Source: Vulcanimicrobiota bacterium (GTDB taxonomy: Bacteria > Vulcanimicrobiota > Xenobia > Xenobiales > JADMJV01). From it: a stretch of 64,000 nucleotides of DNA. The position numbers were made by a program, and so were the translations under genes. The stretch is taken from positions 616,008-680,007 of the forward strand of contig JBFWNU010000001.1 of the NCBI GenBank assembly GCA_050250895.1, in the 5' to 3' direction. Numbering within the stretch: position 1 is the first letter of the stretch; every line of letters begins with the position of its first letter. Positions 55,631-64,000 of this stretch are shown piece by piece. The notes beneath the pieces were generated by a model that was given only the letters and a program-made list of their open reading frames with translations, ran no database searches and had not been told where the DNA came from.

Positions 55631-55801
55631 GCTAGACACCTCCTTTCGTGTGACGATATTAGCACACCAGCAGTGCAGTTTGGCAACCCCTTGAAGCACA
55701 TTTTTTTTGGCTGCTGTCGAATTTACATTTCCGTCACTTTTGCGAGCGAAATGAGCCCTCCTAATGACGGATTTGTTACCTTCTGTTCAGAACATTGAAG
55801 A

Positions 55802-57034
55802 ATGCGAGAGAGCCTCGGAAGGGCCGACCTGGTTTGCCTCGGACTCAACTGTGTGGTGGGTTCAGGCATTTTTCTGGCACCCGGCAGCATCGCCAAGAAT
55901 CTGGGACCGGCTTCGGTGCCGGCCATCGCCCTGGCCGCCGCTTTGTGTTTGATGATCGCACTTTGCTTTGCCGAGATGGCGGCCACCATCGAAGGCACCG
56001 GGGGAGCCTTTCTCTACTGCACCGAGGCCTTCGGACCCAGGCCCGGCTTTATGGTCGGCTGGGTGATGTGGCTCTCGGGCCTGATCGGCGGCGCCAGCGT
56101 GGCCGTGGGCCTGGGCCAGTATGTCCACGAACTATGGAGGGCGATTCCAGCCACTGCGGTGGCCCTTGTGACGGTCGGCCTGCTGGCGCTGCTCAACTAT
56201 TTCGGGGCCCGGGCCGGAGCTTTGAGCAACGATATCCTGGCCCTGCTCAAGTTCGTGCCGCTGGTCTTGTTCGCCGCCTGGGCGTTAAGCCGTGTGGCCC
56301 CCTCCCGGGTGGTTGGACTGCCCCAGGGCGAGGATCACCTGCTGGGCTTTCTGCTCATCCTTTATGCCTTTAGCGGCTTCGAATGGCTGGCCGTGCCGGC
56401 CGGTGAGGTCAGCGAGCCCCAGAAGAGCGTCCCGTTCGCGTTGACCACGGTGTTGGCTCTGGCTGCGGTGCTCTACATGGCCATCCAGGCAGGAGTGGTC
56501 TCGCTCGGACTGCATGGCTCGGATGCTCCCCTGGCCGAGGCGGCCAAAGGCACCTGGCTGGCCGGACTGGTCACCTTCGGGGGGCTGGCCAGCATCGCCA
56601 GTGTCAATGCCGCCATCGCCTTCACGGGTCCGCGCAGTCTGTGGGCTCTGGCCCATCAGGGCTGGCTGCCCGAGTGGCTGGCCCGGCGACACCCGAGCCT
56701 GGACAGCCCGGCCCACGCCGTCCTGGCCACTTCAGCGGCCACGGCCGCTCTAGTGGTGATCGGCAACTTCGAGTTGCTGGCTCGCTGCACCGTGCTGGTT
56801 AGCCTGCTGCAATACGTGGCCACCATCGGAGCCGTCATCCGTCTGCGCTTCACCCAGCCCGCCCGACCTCGACCCTACCGCCTGCCCGGCGGCCTGACCA
56901 TTCCCATCCTGGCCCTCTCCGTGTGCGTGTTGCTGTTGGCTACCTCCCAATTGCAGTACATCGTCGGGATGGCCGTTGCCCTGGCCGCCGGCTGGGTTCT
57001 TTCGTTCTTTGGCAAGGCTCGCCGAGCCAGCTAG
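55802..57034 (+). CDS. APC-family amino acid permease
   Basis: VGSGIF, FAEMA....GTGG, YAFSGFE, AGEVSEP; about 12 TM helices. Confidence 0.9.
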   Translation: MRESLGRADLVCLGLNCVVGSGIFLAPGSIAKNLGPASVPAIALAAALCLMIALCFAEMAATIEGTGGAFLYCTEAFGPRPGFMVGWVMWLSGLIGGASVAVGLGQYVHELWRAIPATAVALVTVGLLALLNYFGARAGALSNDILALLKFVPLVLFAAWALSRVAPSRVVGLPQGEDHLLGFLLILYAFSGFEWLAVPAGEVSEPQKSVPFALTTVLALAAVLYMAIQAGVVSLGLHGSDAPLAEAAKGTWLAGLVTFGGLASIASVNAAIAFTGPRSLWALAHQGWLPEWLARRHPSLDSPAHAVLATSAATAALVVIGNFELLARCTVLVSLLQYVATIGAVIRLRFTQPARPRPYRLPGGLTIPILALSVCVLLLATSQLQYIVGMAVALAAGWVLSFFGKARRAS

Positions 57035-57132
57035 GCGTCGGTTTCAACCCCCCTGATTCTGACGAAATTTGAGCGAGTCGAAGGGACTTTGGGTCGACTT
57101 CTGAATTCTCCTGAACGGAGGACCCCGGGTAT

Positions 57133-58344
57133 ATGATCAGAGGACTGGAATTGATGGGAGCCGAGGAACTATCGGCTGTGGCCGCCTTGACCGGCATCGA
57201 GGAAGGCGCCACCCCCGACGAAACTCGCAAGAAGGCCGTGGCCTGGATGGGCAAATCGGTGGGGTGCGAGAATTCCTCGAAGGACATTGTAGAACGACTG
57301 GTGTTGGAGTGGACCGCTCGGCGCCTGGACGTTGCCTTCGACAAGTCGATCTCGACCGACGATCTCGAGCGCAAACTGCGCCTGCACATTGCCGCCTCCG
57401 CCTCCGAGTTCCTGACTCCGGGGTGGCGACTGGTGTGCGCCTTGATGTCGGCCGGCCCGGCCAACACCCTGCCCACCAAGCTGGCTATGCTCGAGCAGGC
57501 AGCCGCCCTGGCGGTTCCCTCGCGCACGGCCCTGCGCGAGCGTAGAGCCGAGTGGTCTGAGCTGTGCAAACGCTGGACCGGGGGCGATCCGCGGCCAGAG
57601 CTCGAACCCGAACTCGAGCAGCTCAAACAAGCCGGCGATCGGGGCCGCGACTGTCTGACAGTAGGAGTGATCATCTGCCTGGTGGACGGCCGCATCTCGG
57701 TCGACGAAGAACGCCTGTTCCGCCACTGCACCGAGCAGATCGGCATCTCTCGCGAACAGACCAACGACATTCTGGCCCGAGTCAACGACCTCTTCTGGCG
57801 CCACCAGAACGAGCTGACCCCCACTTCGGCCCGCCAGGGCAGCAAGGTTCGCCTGGCCGAAGAGGCAGCCCGCCGCACCATGTTCGAATCGGGAGCCCTG
57901 GAAGGGCTGGCCACCGAAGCCCGCCTGGACCTGCTGGCTCACGCCGTGCCCGAAGAAGACGACCAGAAGACCGGATGGTCCCGCCTGATGGGGCGCTTTT
58001 CGGGCCTGGGCGGCTTCTTCTCGAGCAAGCTCAAAGACGAACGCGACGCCACGATGGCTCGCATCGTCTACCACACGATTCTCAAGCAGCACGAAGAAGT
58101 GGCGGTAGCCGAAGCGGCCAGGTCGGCCGAGAATCGTCAGGCTGTCAAAGCGGCCGAACTCATTCCCTCGGTCAACAGCGCCCCCGCTCCCGTGGCTCCG
58201 CCGTCCGAACCAGAATCCAAGCCAGAACCTGAGCCAGAACCCGTCCCCGCCCCCGCTCAAGCGCCGGCCGTGCCGGCGCCATTCTCCGAGCTGTCGCAAA
58301 CCGTAGCCCCTCCGCCCCCGAAGCGCATCATCAAACTCGACTAG
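57133..58344 (+). CDS. Hypothetical protein with TerB-like segment and Pro/Glu-rich tail
   Basis: CLVDGRISVDEERLF....QIGIS pattern; PEPEPEP tail. Confidence 0.65.
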   Translation: MIRGLELMGAEELSAVAALTGIEEGATPDETRKKAVAWMGKSVGCENSSKDIVERLVLEWTARRLDVAFDKSISTDDLERKLRLHIAASASEFLTPGWRLVCALMSAGPANTLPTKLAMLEQAAALAVPSRTALRERRAEWSELCKRWTGGDPRPELEPELEQLKQAGDRGRDCLTVGVIICLVDGRISVDEERLFRHCTEQIGISREQTNDILARVNDLFWRHQNELTPTSARQGSKVRLAEEAARRTMFESGALEGLATEARLDLLAHAVPEEDDQKTGWSRLMGRFSGLGGFFSSKLKDERDATMARIVYHTILKQHEEVAVAEAARSAENRQAVKAAELIPSVNSAPAPVAPPSEPESKPEPEPEPVPAPAQAPAVPAPFSELSQTVAPPPPKRIIKLD

Positions 58345-58408
58345 CTTGGGGTGCTTTCGCCGGGGTTCGCCAGGGAGGATTTACACCATCAATGAAGAAT
58401 TCTTCATT

Positions 58409-58675
58409 GTGGCTCTGAACATCAAGAACGAGGAAGTCGAAAGACTTGCTAGCGAGGTGGCCGCCCTCACCGGCGAGACCAAGACCGAGGCGGTCCGCAA
58501 GGCGCTTGAAGAGCGAAGGCGCAGACTGACACTGCATAGGTCCACGTCTGAGCGGAATATTCTGCAGACTCTCGAAGCCGAGATTTGGAGCGCTTTGCCG
58601 CCCGAGGCTCTCGGTCAGGGATTAGCCTACGAGGCTATCGACGGCATTCTTGGATTCGGCCCAGAAGGCTACTAG
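58409..58675 (+). CDS. vapB: VapB antitoxin (Rv0623/VapB30-like)
   Basis: MALNIKNEEVERLA.EVA.LTGETKTEAVR.AL.ER; abuts PIN toxin. Confidence 0.88.
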   Translation: MALNIKNEEVERLASEVAALTGETKTEAVRKALEERRRRLTLHRSTSERNILQTLEAEIWSALPPEALGQGLAYEAIDGILGFGPEGY

Positions 58676-59086
58676 TTGATCCTGGATTCTTCGTCAATCC
58701 TGGCCATTCTTCTGAAAGAAGCAGAGGCGCCTGCTCTGGTGGCAGCGGTCCGTGACGCCCCGTTGCTAGGAGTAGGCGCCCCCACCCTCTCGAAGACGGG
58801 GGTCGTGCTCGGCAGTCGCCTGGGATTTCAACACCTGCCGATCCTTCATCGTTTCCTGCAACTGTTCGATGTCAACATAATATCATTCGAAACCGGCCAT
58901 TGGCTCGAGGCTATGGAAGCCTACCGGCGTTTTGGAAAGGGCCGGCATCCTGCAGGCCTCAACTTTGGAGACTGTCTAACTTATGCCGTGGCCCGAATCG
59001 CCGCACTCCCGCTACTGTGCGTGGGAGATGACTTCCCGCAGACGGATCTACCACTGGTCGCGTGGAAACTCGACGAGGCTGATTAG
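58676..59086 (+). CDS. vapC: VapC PIN-domain toxin (VapC30-like)
   Basis: ILDSS, FGKGRHPAGLNFGDC, LLCVGDDFPQTD. Confidence 0.9.
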   Translation: MILDSSSILAILLKEAEAPALVAAVRDAPLLGVGAPTLSKTGVVLGSRLGFQHLPILHRFLQLFDVNIISFETGHWLEAMEAYRRFGKGRHPAGLNFGDCLTYAVARIAALPLLCVGDDFPQTDLPLVAWKLDEAD

Positions 59087-59108
59087 GAACCCCGCACCCG
59101 CCAGCGGG

Positions 59109-59747
59109 CTACTTTTCGGCCTTGAGCCCGTCGATCTGTTTGCGGATGGCGGGGCCGTTGCGGTAGCCTAGCTTTACTGCCTGCTCGAGGGCCTCTTCGG
59201 CCTCTTCGAAGCGGTCAGCCATGGCGTAGGCTAACGAGATATTGGCATAAGCCACCGGCAGCTTGGGATCGAGTTCGATCGCTTTCTCGAGGCTCGCGAT
59301 GGCCTTCTTGGGCTGCTCGCGATAGATGTAGAGAGCTCCGAGGCTGGCATGCAACTCGGCGTAGTCAGGCTTGATCTCGAGTGCCTTCTGATAGGCCTTT
59401 TCGGCCGCATCATAGTCGCCGACATGGCGATAAGCCACCCCCAGGTTGGTCCATCCCTGATAGAGCTTGGGATTCTCGCGCAAGGCCTGCTTGTGGGAAG
59501 CGATGGCCTGGTCATAGTCTTCGAGCTCATCGTAGGCATTGCCCAGGATGGTCAAGATGAGCGGGCGCTCTTTCACACCCAGGTCGAGAGCCGACTTGAG
59601 CAGCTGGACCGACTCTTGAAAACGCCTCGCCTGATAGGCTTTGACACCGTCGCGGGCCTTGTCTTCGCCTTTGTAGTCGGTTTTGTCGGCCCAGCCGGCC
59701 GCGGTCAGGAGCAGGGCCAGGAAAATGGCCACCCAAGGTCTTTGCAT
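59109..59747 (-). CDS. Secreted TPR protein
   Basis: Signal peptide; four to five canonical TPRs. Confidence 0.88.
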   Translation of the reverse strand: MQRPWVAIFLALLLTAAGWADKTDYKGEDKARDGVKAYQARRFQESVQLLKSALDLGVKERPLILTILGNAYDELEDYDQAIASHKQALRENPKLYQGWTNLGVAYRHVGDYDAAEKAYQKALEIKPDYAELHASLGALYIYREQPKKAIASLEKAIELDPKLPVAYANISLAYAMADRFEEAEEALEQAVKLGYRNGPAIRKQIDGLKAEK

Positions 59748-59756
59748 GGCGGGTTC

Positions 59757-61571
59757 TTAACGCTCGGCGGTCGATTCTCCTGGCGGCACCACATCTAGCC
59801 AACCGAACCAGAGCGGGTGGCGCTGCCGATACCACTGCAAGAGTTCGAGCAAACGCTTCTGTTTTTGGGCCGGAATCACCGAGGTGGGGATTCGGTCAAA
59901 ATGCAGTACCATCCGCTCGTTGCCGGGAAACTCGAGGGCCTCGGCGCAGAGCGTTTGCAGCTCGTTGCGGATGCGGCCCGAGTCGGAAATCTTGACCGGT
60001 CGCGCTTGATAGTCCTCACCCCCCAGGAAACGGTTCAAGAGCGGGTTGAAAATGAGCCGACTCTTGTCCTGGCCTTCCATCAGTCGAAAAGTCAGGATGC
60101 TGTGCTTGTCGGTCCGCTCCGACACCAACCGGACGGTGACCTTATAGGTGTCGGGCCCGACCTTCTCGACACCGGGTAAGCCAGTGTAGGGCTCGGGACC
60201 CATGTACCCCGAGATGGCCAGGACCTCCCAACGTTTCTCGGGGAAGAAGTCATCGGCGGCCAGGACCGCCTTGTGAAGGGGCAAGCCGGCTCCGCTGGCC
60301 TCTTCGATCATCTCGCGATAGTGGTTGGCGTCGAGCTCGGTGCCGGCCACCTCATGGAGACGAGCCTCAAAGTCGTCTGCTTCGGGATCGAGGTGCATGA
60401 TCTTGCGCTCGCGCTCGTAGGGCAGCTCGAAGGCCGAGGTGAAGACCGAGAGTGAAGCGTGCAGCCCCAGGATGGGGGCCAGACTGGCCGCCTGCAAAGC
60501 CTCGGCCGAGGCGGCATAGCCATCGCATAGAAACAGGTGAGTATTGCCCTGCTCGTCGGACCAACTGCCCACCCGATAGGTGGGCGAATAGGTGCCCGAC
60601 TCGGTGAAAGCCTCGCCACCCGTGGGCATCACCCAGCCGTCTTCGACCAGATGGACGCCCAGGGCTTTCCAGTCGTTCCACAGTCCGGACAGACGCTTTT
60701 CCCGGCTCTTGCCGGCCAGCGTCCAGACATGGACATGTTCGGGTTTGATGCCGGGATAGGTGGCCTCGATAGCCTTGAGCACCAGCCTGCGCGGAGTGCG
60801 ATAATCGATCAGGATGGCTCGCTCGGCGGCTGCGTCGACCACCTGCCTGGGCAGGGTCAAGGTGCCCATGTAGCCCTCATAAGGTCGCAACACATGCAGC
60901 GGCTGATTGAAGACGTGCAGGATCGTCATGGTGCCGGGAGCCCTGCCCAGAGCGAAACGAGAAGTGTTCTCTAAAGTATCGATAGCGGCTCCCCAGACGG
61001 TGATGCCCGAGGCTTTGATCTCGCCGTAAAACTCGCTCCAGCCATAGCTGCTGTCATTGAGCAGGCGCAGCACCCGAGCGTCGAGCCAGCGGGCGATCTC
61101 GGGGCGGGCATAGACCCGACCGAAGCCTAGTTGAGGGTTAGAGCCCATCTCGGGGGTCTCGCCGGCCTTCGGCATCAGGCCCTCACCCAGGCAAACCATG
61201 ATAGCGTGATTCTCGGGTAGGTGGCGGGTCAGATACCAGAGGCTCTCGCTCATAGCGTAGGCCGAGATGGCGTCGGCCTCTTTCTTGACCTGGTTGAGCC
61301 CAGCTTTGTCCAAGCCGGCGCCCTCGCCGAATCGACCGTAAATCTTGGTACCCAGGGCGGTGACGGCGGCGGTCACCGCCAGTTGGCGCTCGATCTGCCC
61401 GCTCACGAACGACATGGGCTGGGGCGTCGGGGCCGGCGGCTTGCCGCGGGTCCAGCGCGTCTCGACATCCTCTAGCCAGAGGTGGAAGCGTCCCAAAATC
61501 GGTCGGGTGTCAAAAGCCCACTGGGCCAGGACATCCCGTTTGTCCTGGCTGGTTTCGGTGATGGTTTGCAT
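59757..61571 (-). CDS. Large GlpX (FBPase class II)-like protein
   Basis: KEADAISAYAM, VCLGEG...E.P.M, AIDTLENT, YM, GYAASAE.L.AA resemble GlpX motifs. Confidence 0.55.
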   Translation of the reverse strand: MQTITETSQDKRDVLAQWAFDTRPILGRFHLWLEDVETRWTRGKPPAPTPQPMSFVSGQIERQLAVTAAVTALGTKIYGRFGEGAGLDKAGLNQVKKEADAISAYAMSESLWYLTRHLPENHAIMVCLGEGLMPKAGETPEMGSNPQLGFGRVYARPEIARWLDARVLRLLNDSSYGWSEFYGEIKASGITVWGAAIDTLENTSRFALGRAPGTMTILHVFNQPLHVLRPYEGYMGTLTLPRQVVDAAAERAILIDYRTPRRLVLKAIEATYPGIKPEHVHVWTLAGKSREKRLSGLWNDWKALGVHLVEDGWVMPTGGEAFTESGTYSPTYRVGSWSDEQGNTHLFLCDGYAASAEALQAASLAPILGLHASLSVFTSAFELPYERERKIMHLDPEADDFEARLHEVAGTELDANHYREMIEEASGAGLPLHKAVLAADDFFPEKRWEVLAISGYMGPEPYTGLPGVEKVGPDTYKVTVRLVSERTDKHSILTFRLMEGQDKSRLIFNPLLNRFLGGEDYQARPVKISDSGRIRNELQTLCAEALEFPGNERMVLHFDRIPTSVIPAQKQKRLLELLQWYRQRHPLWFGWLDVVPPGESTAER

Positions 61572-61618
61572 CGCTGCAGATTAGACCTCGCGGCCCCGGG
61601 CCCTGCCTGCTATGACGT

Positions 61619-63121
61619 CTAGTAGACGCGCATCTCGACGAGTCGTTGCTGCTTGAGCACGAACTGAATCCCGGGCAGCTTGTAGACGGTGGTGGAGAAA
61701 TCCTCAGACAGACCTTCCTTGGCGTCGGGATAAGCCCGCGTGAGCTTGGCCTGGGAGCTGCCCAAAAAGACTTTGCGTTCGGTAATGGCGCGAACACCCT
61801 GGACCGTAATCGAGGTCACCGCGTCGGGGGCACGACCGTTGTGGGTGGTCACCTCGACCATGTGTCCGGGTGTCCCCCAGCGCACCAGCCCGCTGTTGGC
61901 CTGGCCTCGTTCGGGGGGACGAGTGTAGGTTGGCTCGCCGAGCAGTTGGTAGGCTTCGGCCGAAACCTTCTCGCCCAGTTTGATGGGCCCGACACCCAGG
62001 CCTGGCTCCACCACCAGCTTCTCGAAACGCCAACCCTCCCGGTTGGGAGGTTCGATAATCATCTCGTCGAGCTGGCGAGCCCGCACGCGCAGAACCAGGC
62101 CGGGGGTCAGAAAATCGCTGCTGTTCGAATCGGGGCCGGCTTCTTTCTGAGCCTCGGGCGCCAGTTCCTTGAGCTTGTCCACGGGCACTCCCAGGTAAAG
62201 GCCTTCGGATGTGGTCGCGCGCAGACCACGAAGGACCACTCGCGTCACGCGCAGATTCTCTTTGTCGCGCTCGATTTTGAGCATCTTCGCGCCGCCGCCC
62301 CAGACCAGCGAGGCCGGCGTCTCGGAAGCGGGGGGACCCAGCAGCGTGAAGGCCTCGCCCGACATCGGTTCCCCCAGGCTGGCCAACTCTTTTAGCCCCT
62401 CACCAGGCAGGACCACCAAACGCATCTTGTCCCAGCCCCGCACCTCGACCTCAGGCGTGGGGGTGGCGGTGGGTGCGGGGGTACTCACTGGGACGGGGCT
62501 GGGGCTGGGAGTCGAGGTGACTTCGGGAGCAGGTTCGGTGGTAGCCACCGGCTCGGGGGTTTCAGGGGGGGCGGCCTCTCTGGCCTCGACCAGATGGCTC
62601 TCGGGCAACTCCACCACCGGCGGTTCGCCCTGGATTTTGAGGTCGCTGTGAGAAATGGGAGCGTAGCCTTCGGCTCCGACCGTGACCGAACAAAGTCTAG
62701 GAGGGTCGTTCCCCGGATAGGCGACGGCCGCCTTGAAGGACCCGTCAGCAGCGACCCGGACCGTGTCGAGACCGACTTGCCGGCCGGACTCAGGAAGAGT
62801 CACCATCAATCGAATCTGGTCCTGGCCGGTGGTCAGGCCGCGGACGCTCCCGCGGACTTCAAAAGTGGGCAACTCGACCGGCTGGGTAAACATGAGTCGA
62901 TGGGCCACCGGCAGGGCCACCAACAGCAACAGCACTCCGATGCCGAGCGCGGTCAGAGCCGGCATGAAGGGTCGCATCCCCTGGGTCAAACGGCTCAGGT
63001 GGAGAATTCGGTAGCCACGCCCTGCCAGCGTCTCACGAGCATGTTGTTCATCATCAGCGACTAGGCGAAAGGTCCTGACAGCGCCGGTGTCGTCGATAAT
63101 TTTGCAAAGATACTTGGGCAT
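61619..63121 (-). CDS. Membrane-anchored hypothetical protein (PilC/GspF-like N-terminus, Pro/Thr linker, duplicated C-terminal domain)
   Basis: MPKYLCKIIDDTG....LVADDEQHARETLAGRGY; TM; repeats VLPGEG/VEPGLGVG. Confidence 0.7.
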   Translation of the reverse strand: MPKYLCKIIDDTGAVRTFRLVADDEQHARETLAGRGYRILHLSRLTQGMRPFMPALTALGIGVLLLLVALPVAHRLMFTQPVELPTFEVRGSVRGLTTGQDQIRLMVTLPESGRQVGLDTVRVAADGSFKAAVAYPGNDPPRLCSVTVGAEGYAPISHSDLKIQGEPPVVELPESHLVEAREAAPPETPEPVATTEPAPEVTSTPSPSPVPVSTPAPTATPTPEVEVRGWDKMRLVVLPGEGLKELASLGEPMSGEAFTLLGPPASETPASLVWGGGAKMLKIERDKENLRVTRVVLRGLRATTSEGLYLGVPVDKLKELAPEAQKEAGPDSNSSDFLTPGLVLRVRARQLDEMIIEPPNREGWRFEKLVVEPGLGVGPIKLGEKVSAEAYQLLGEPTYTRPPERGQANSGLVRWGTPGHMVEVTTHNGRAPDAVTSITVQGVRAITERKVFLGSSQAKLTRAYPDAKEGLSEDFSTTVYKLPGIQFVLKQQRLVEMRVY

Positions 63122-63168
63122 GAACTACCAGGGCAGGGATTCCACGATTCCTAGACAATATCTACACA

Positions 63169-64000
63169 ATGATTCCAACAGGCGTCCCTACCACCAGACT
63201 TCGAGACCTCAACGGGGGCTCCATCCATCCAGAAGGAGAATTTGTTCTCTATTGGATGATTGCCAACCGGCGTTCCTGCTGGAACTTTTCCCTAGATCGT
63301 GCCCTTGATTACGCGCGCGCGCTGGCCAAACCGTTACTGGTCCTCGAAGCCCTGAGGCTTGACTACAAGTGGGCCAGTCAGCGCCTTCACCAATTCGTCA
63401 TCGATGGCATGCGCGCCAACCAGGCTGCGTTTGCGGATTCTCCCATCACCTATTTTCCCTATCTCGAGACCAGGTCCGGCGAAGGAAGCGGCCTGCTCGA
63501 GTGGCTGGCCGAGCGGGCGGCCGTGGTGGTCACCGACGACTTTCCGTGTTTCTTCCTGCCTCGCATGCTAACGGCGGCAGCGCGACGAATCCAACCAAAA
63601 CTCGAAGCCGTAGACTCCAACGGTCTCTTTCCTATGCGAGCCACCGACCGAACCTTTGCTCGGGCTGTCGACTTTCGTCGCTATCTCCAGAAGCACCTGG
63701 AACGCCATCTGGACCACTTTCCTCAGGCCTCCCCCCTGGCCCGACTCGAACTCAAAAGACTCTCGTCTCTGCCTCAGGGCCGCTGGCGGCCCAGCGACCT
63801 GAGCCAGCTGCGCCTCGAGGACCTGCCGGTACCGGCGCTGCCCGGCCCCGTCCGCTTTCAAGGCGGTTCGGCGGCAGCCACCGAGCTGCTGGACCATTTT
63901 CTGCACCAACGGTTGGCTGGCTATGACGAACGCAACGACCCGGAACGCAAGGCCACCAGCGGCTTCTCTCCTTACCTGCACTTCGGCCACCTCTCGAGCC
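63169..64000 (+). CDS. Deoxyribodipyrimidine photolyase, class II-like (3'-partial)
   Basis: Read manually: VLYWMIANRR..WNFSL, VVTDDFP, VDSNG, ATSGFSPYLHFGH. Confidence 0.85.
   Translation, partial: MIPTGVPTTRLRDLNGGSIHPEGEFVLYWMIANRRSCWNFSLDRALDYARALAKPLLVLEALRLDYKWASQRLHQFVIDGMRANQAAFADSPITYFPYLETRSGEGSGLLEWLAERAAVVVTDDFPCFFLPRMLTAAARRIQPKLEAVDSNGLFPMRATDRTFARAVDFRRYLQKHLERHLDHFPQASPLARLELKRLSSLPQGRWRPSDLSQLRLEDLPVPALPGPVRFQGGSAAATELLDHFLHQRLAGYDERNDPERKATSGFSPYLHFGHLSS

Noticed and set aside
58346-59100. vapBC as part of a mobile element
   Set aside because: Slightly more AT-rich, but no integrase, transposase or flanking repeats seen
1-64000. tRNA, rRNA or riboswitch genes
   Set aside because: None recognised by eye in the intergenic gaps; an Infernal/Rfam scan would be needed to exclude small RNAs

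Overview
64 kb of high-GC (roughly 65% by eye) bacterial chromosome with no rRNA, tRNA, CRISPR array or transposase visible. Housekeeping blocks: yceD-rpmF-fabH-fabG-acpP; pyrG; a CoA transferase/acyl-CoA dehydrogenase/ETF operon; hemA-ccsA(hemX)-hemC-hemD; deoC; glsA; wrbA/LysR; a GldAFG-DUF4340 ABC system; vapBC; and a partial photolyase. Many hypothetical and secreted-type proteins lie between them. The most notable locus is 44858-47527: a radical SAM/SPASM-type enzyme translationally coupled to five small Pro-rich paralogues. These share a near-invariant twin-arginine leader (KIKRRRFLADxLFAGGxLTAxAFLAK) and carry about 16 copies of a hydrophobic-x-G-x-hydrophobic-x-x-P motif plus Cys motifs, which looks like an undescribed RiPP-like or protein-modification system. 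Other observations: a family of multi-hairpin intergenic repeats tied to a GACGGTA heptamer, an unannotated 29-aa ORF with promoter-like and RBS signals, a recurring leaderless-promoter signature, putative secreted enzymes sharing unusual N-termini, and several enzymes with altered catalytic motifs. Family assignments come from motif recognition by eye; no database searches were run.
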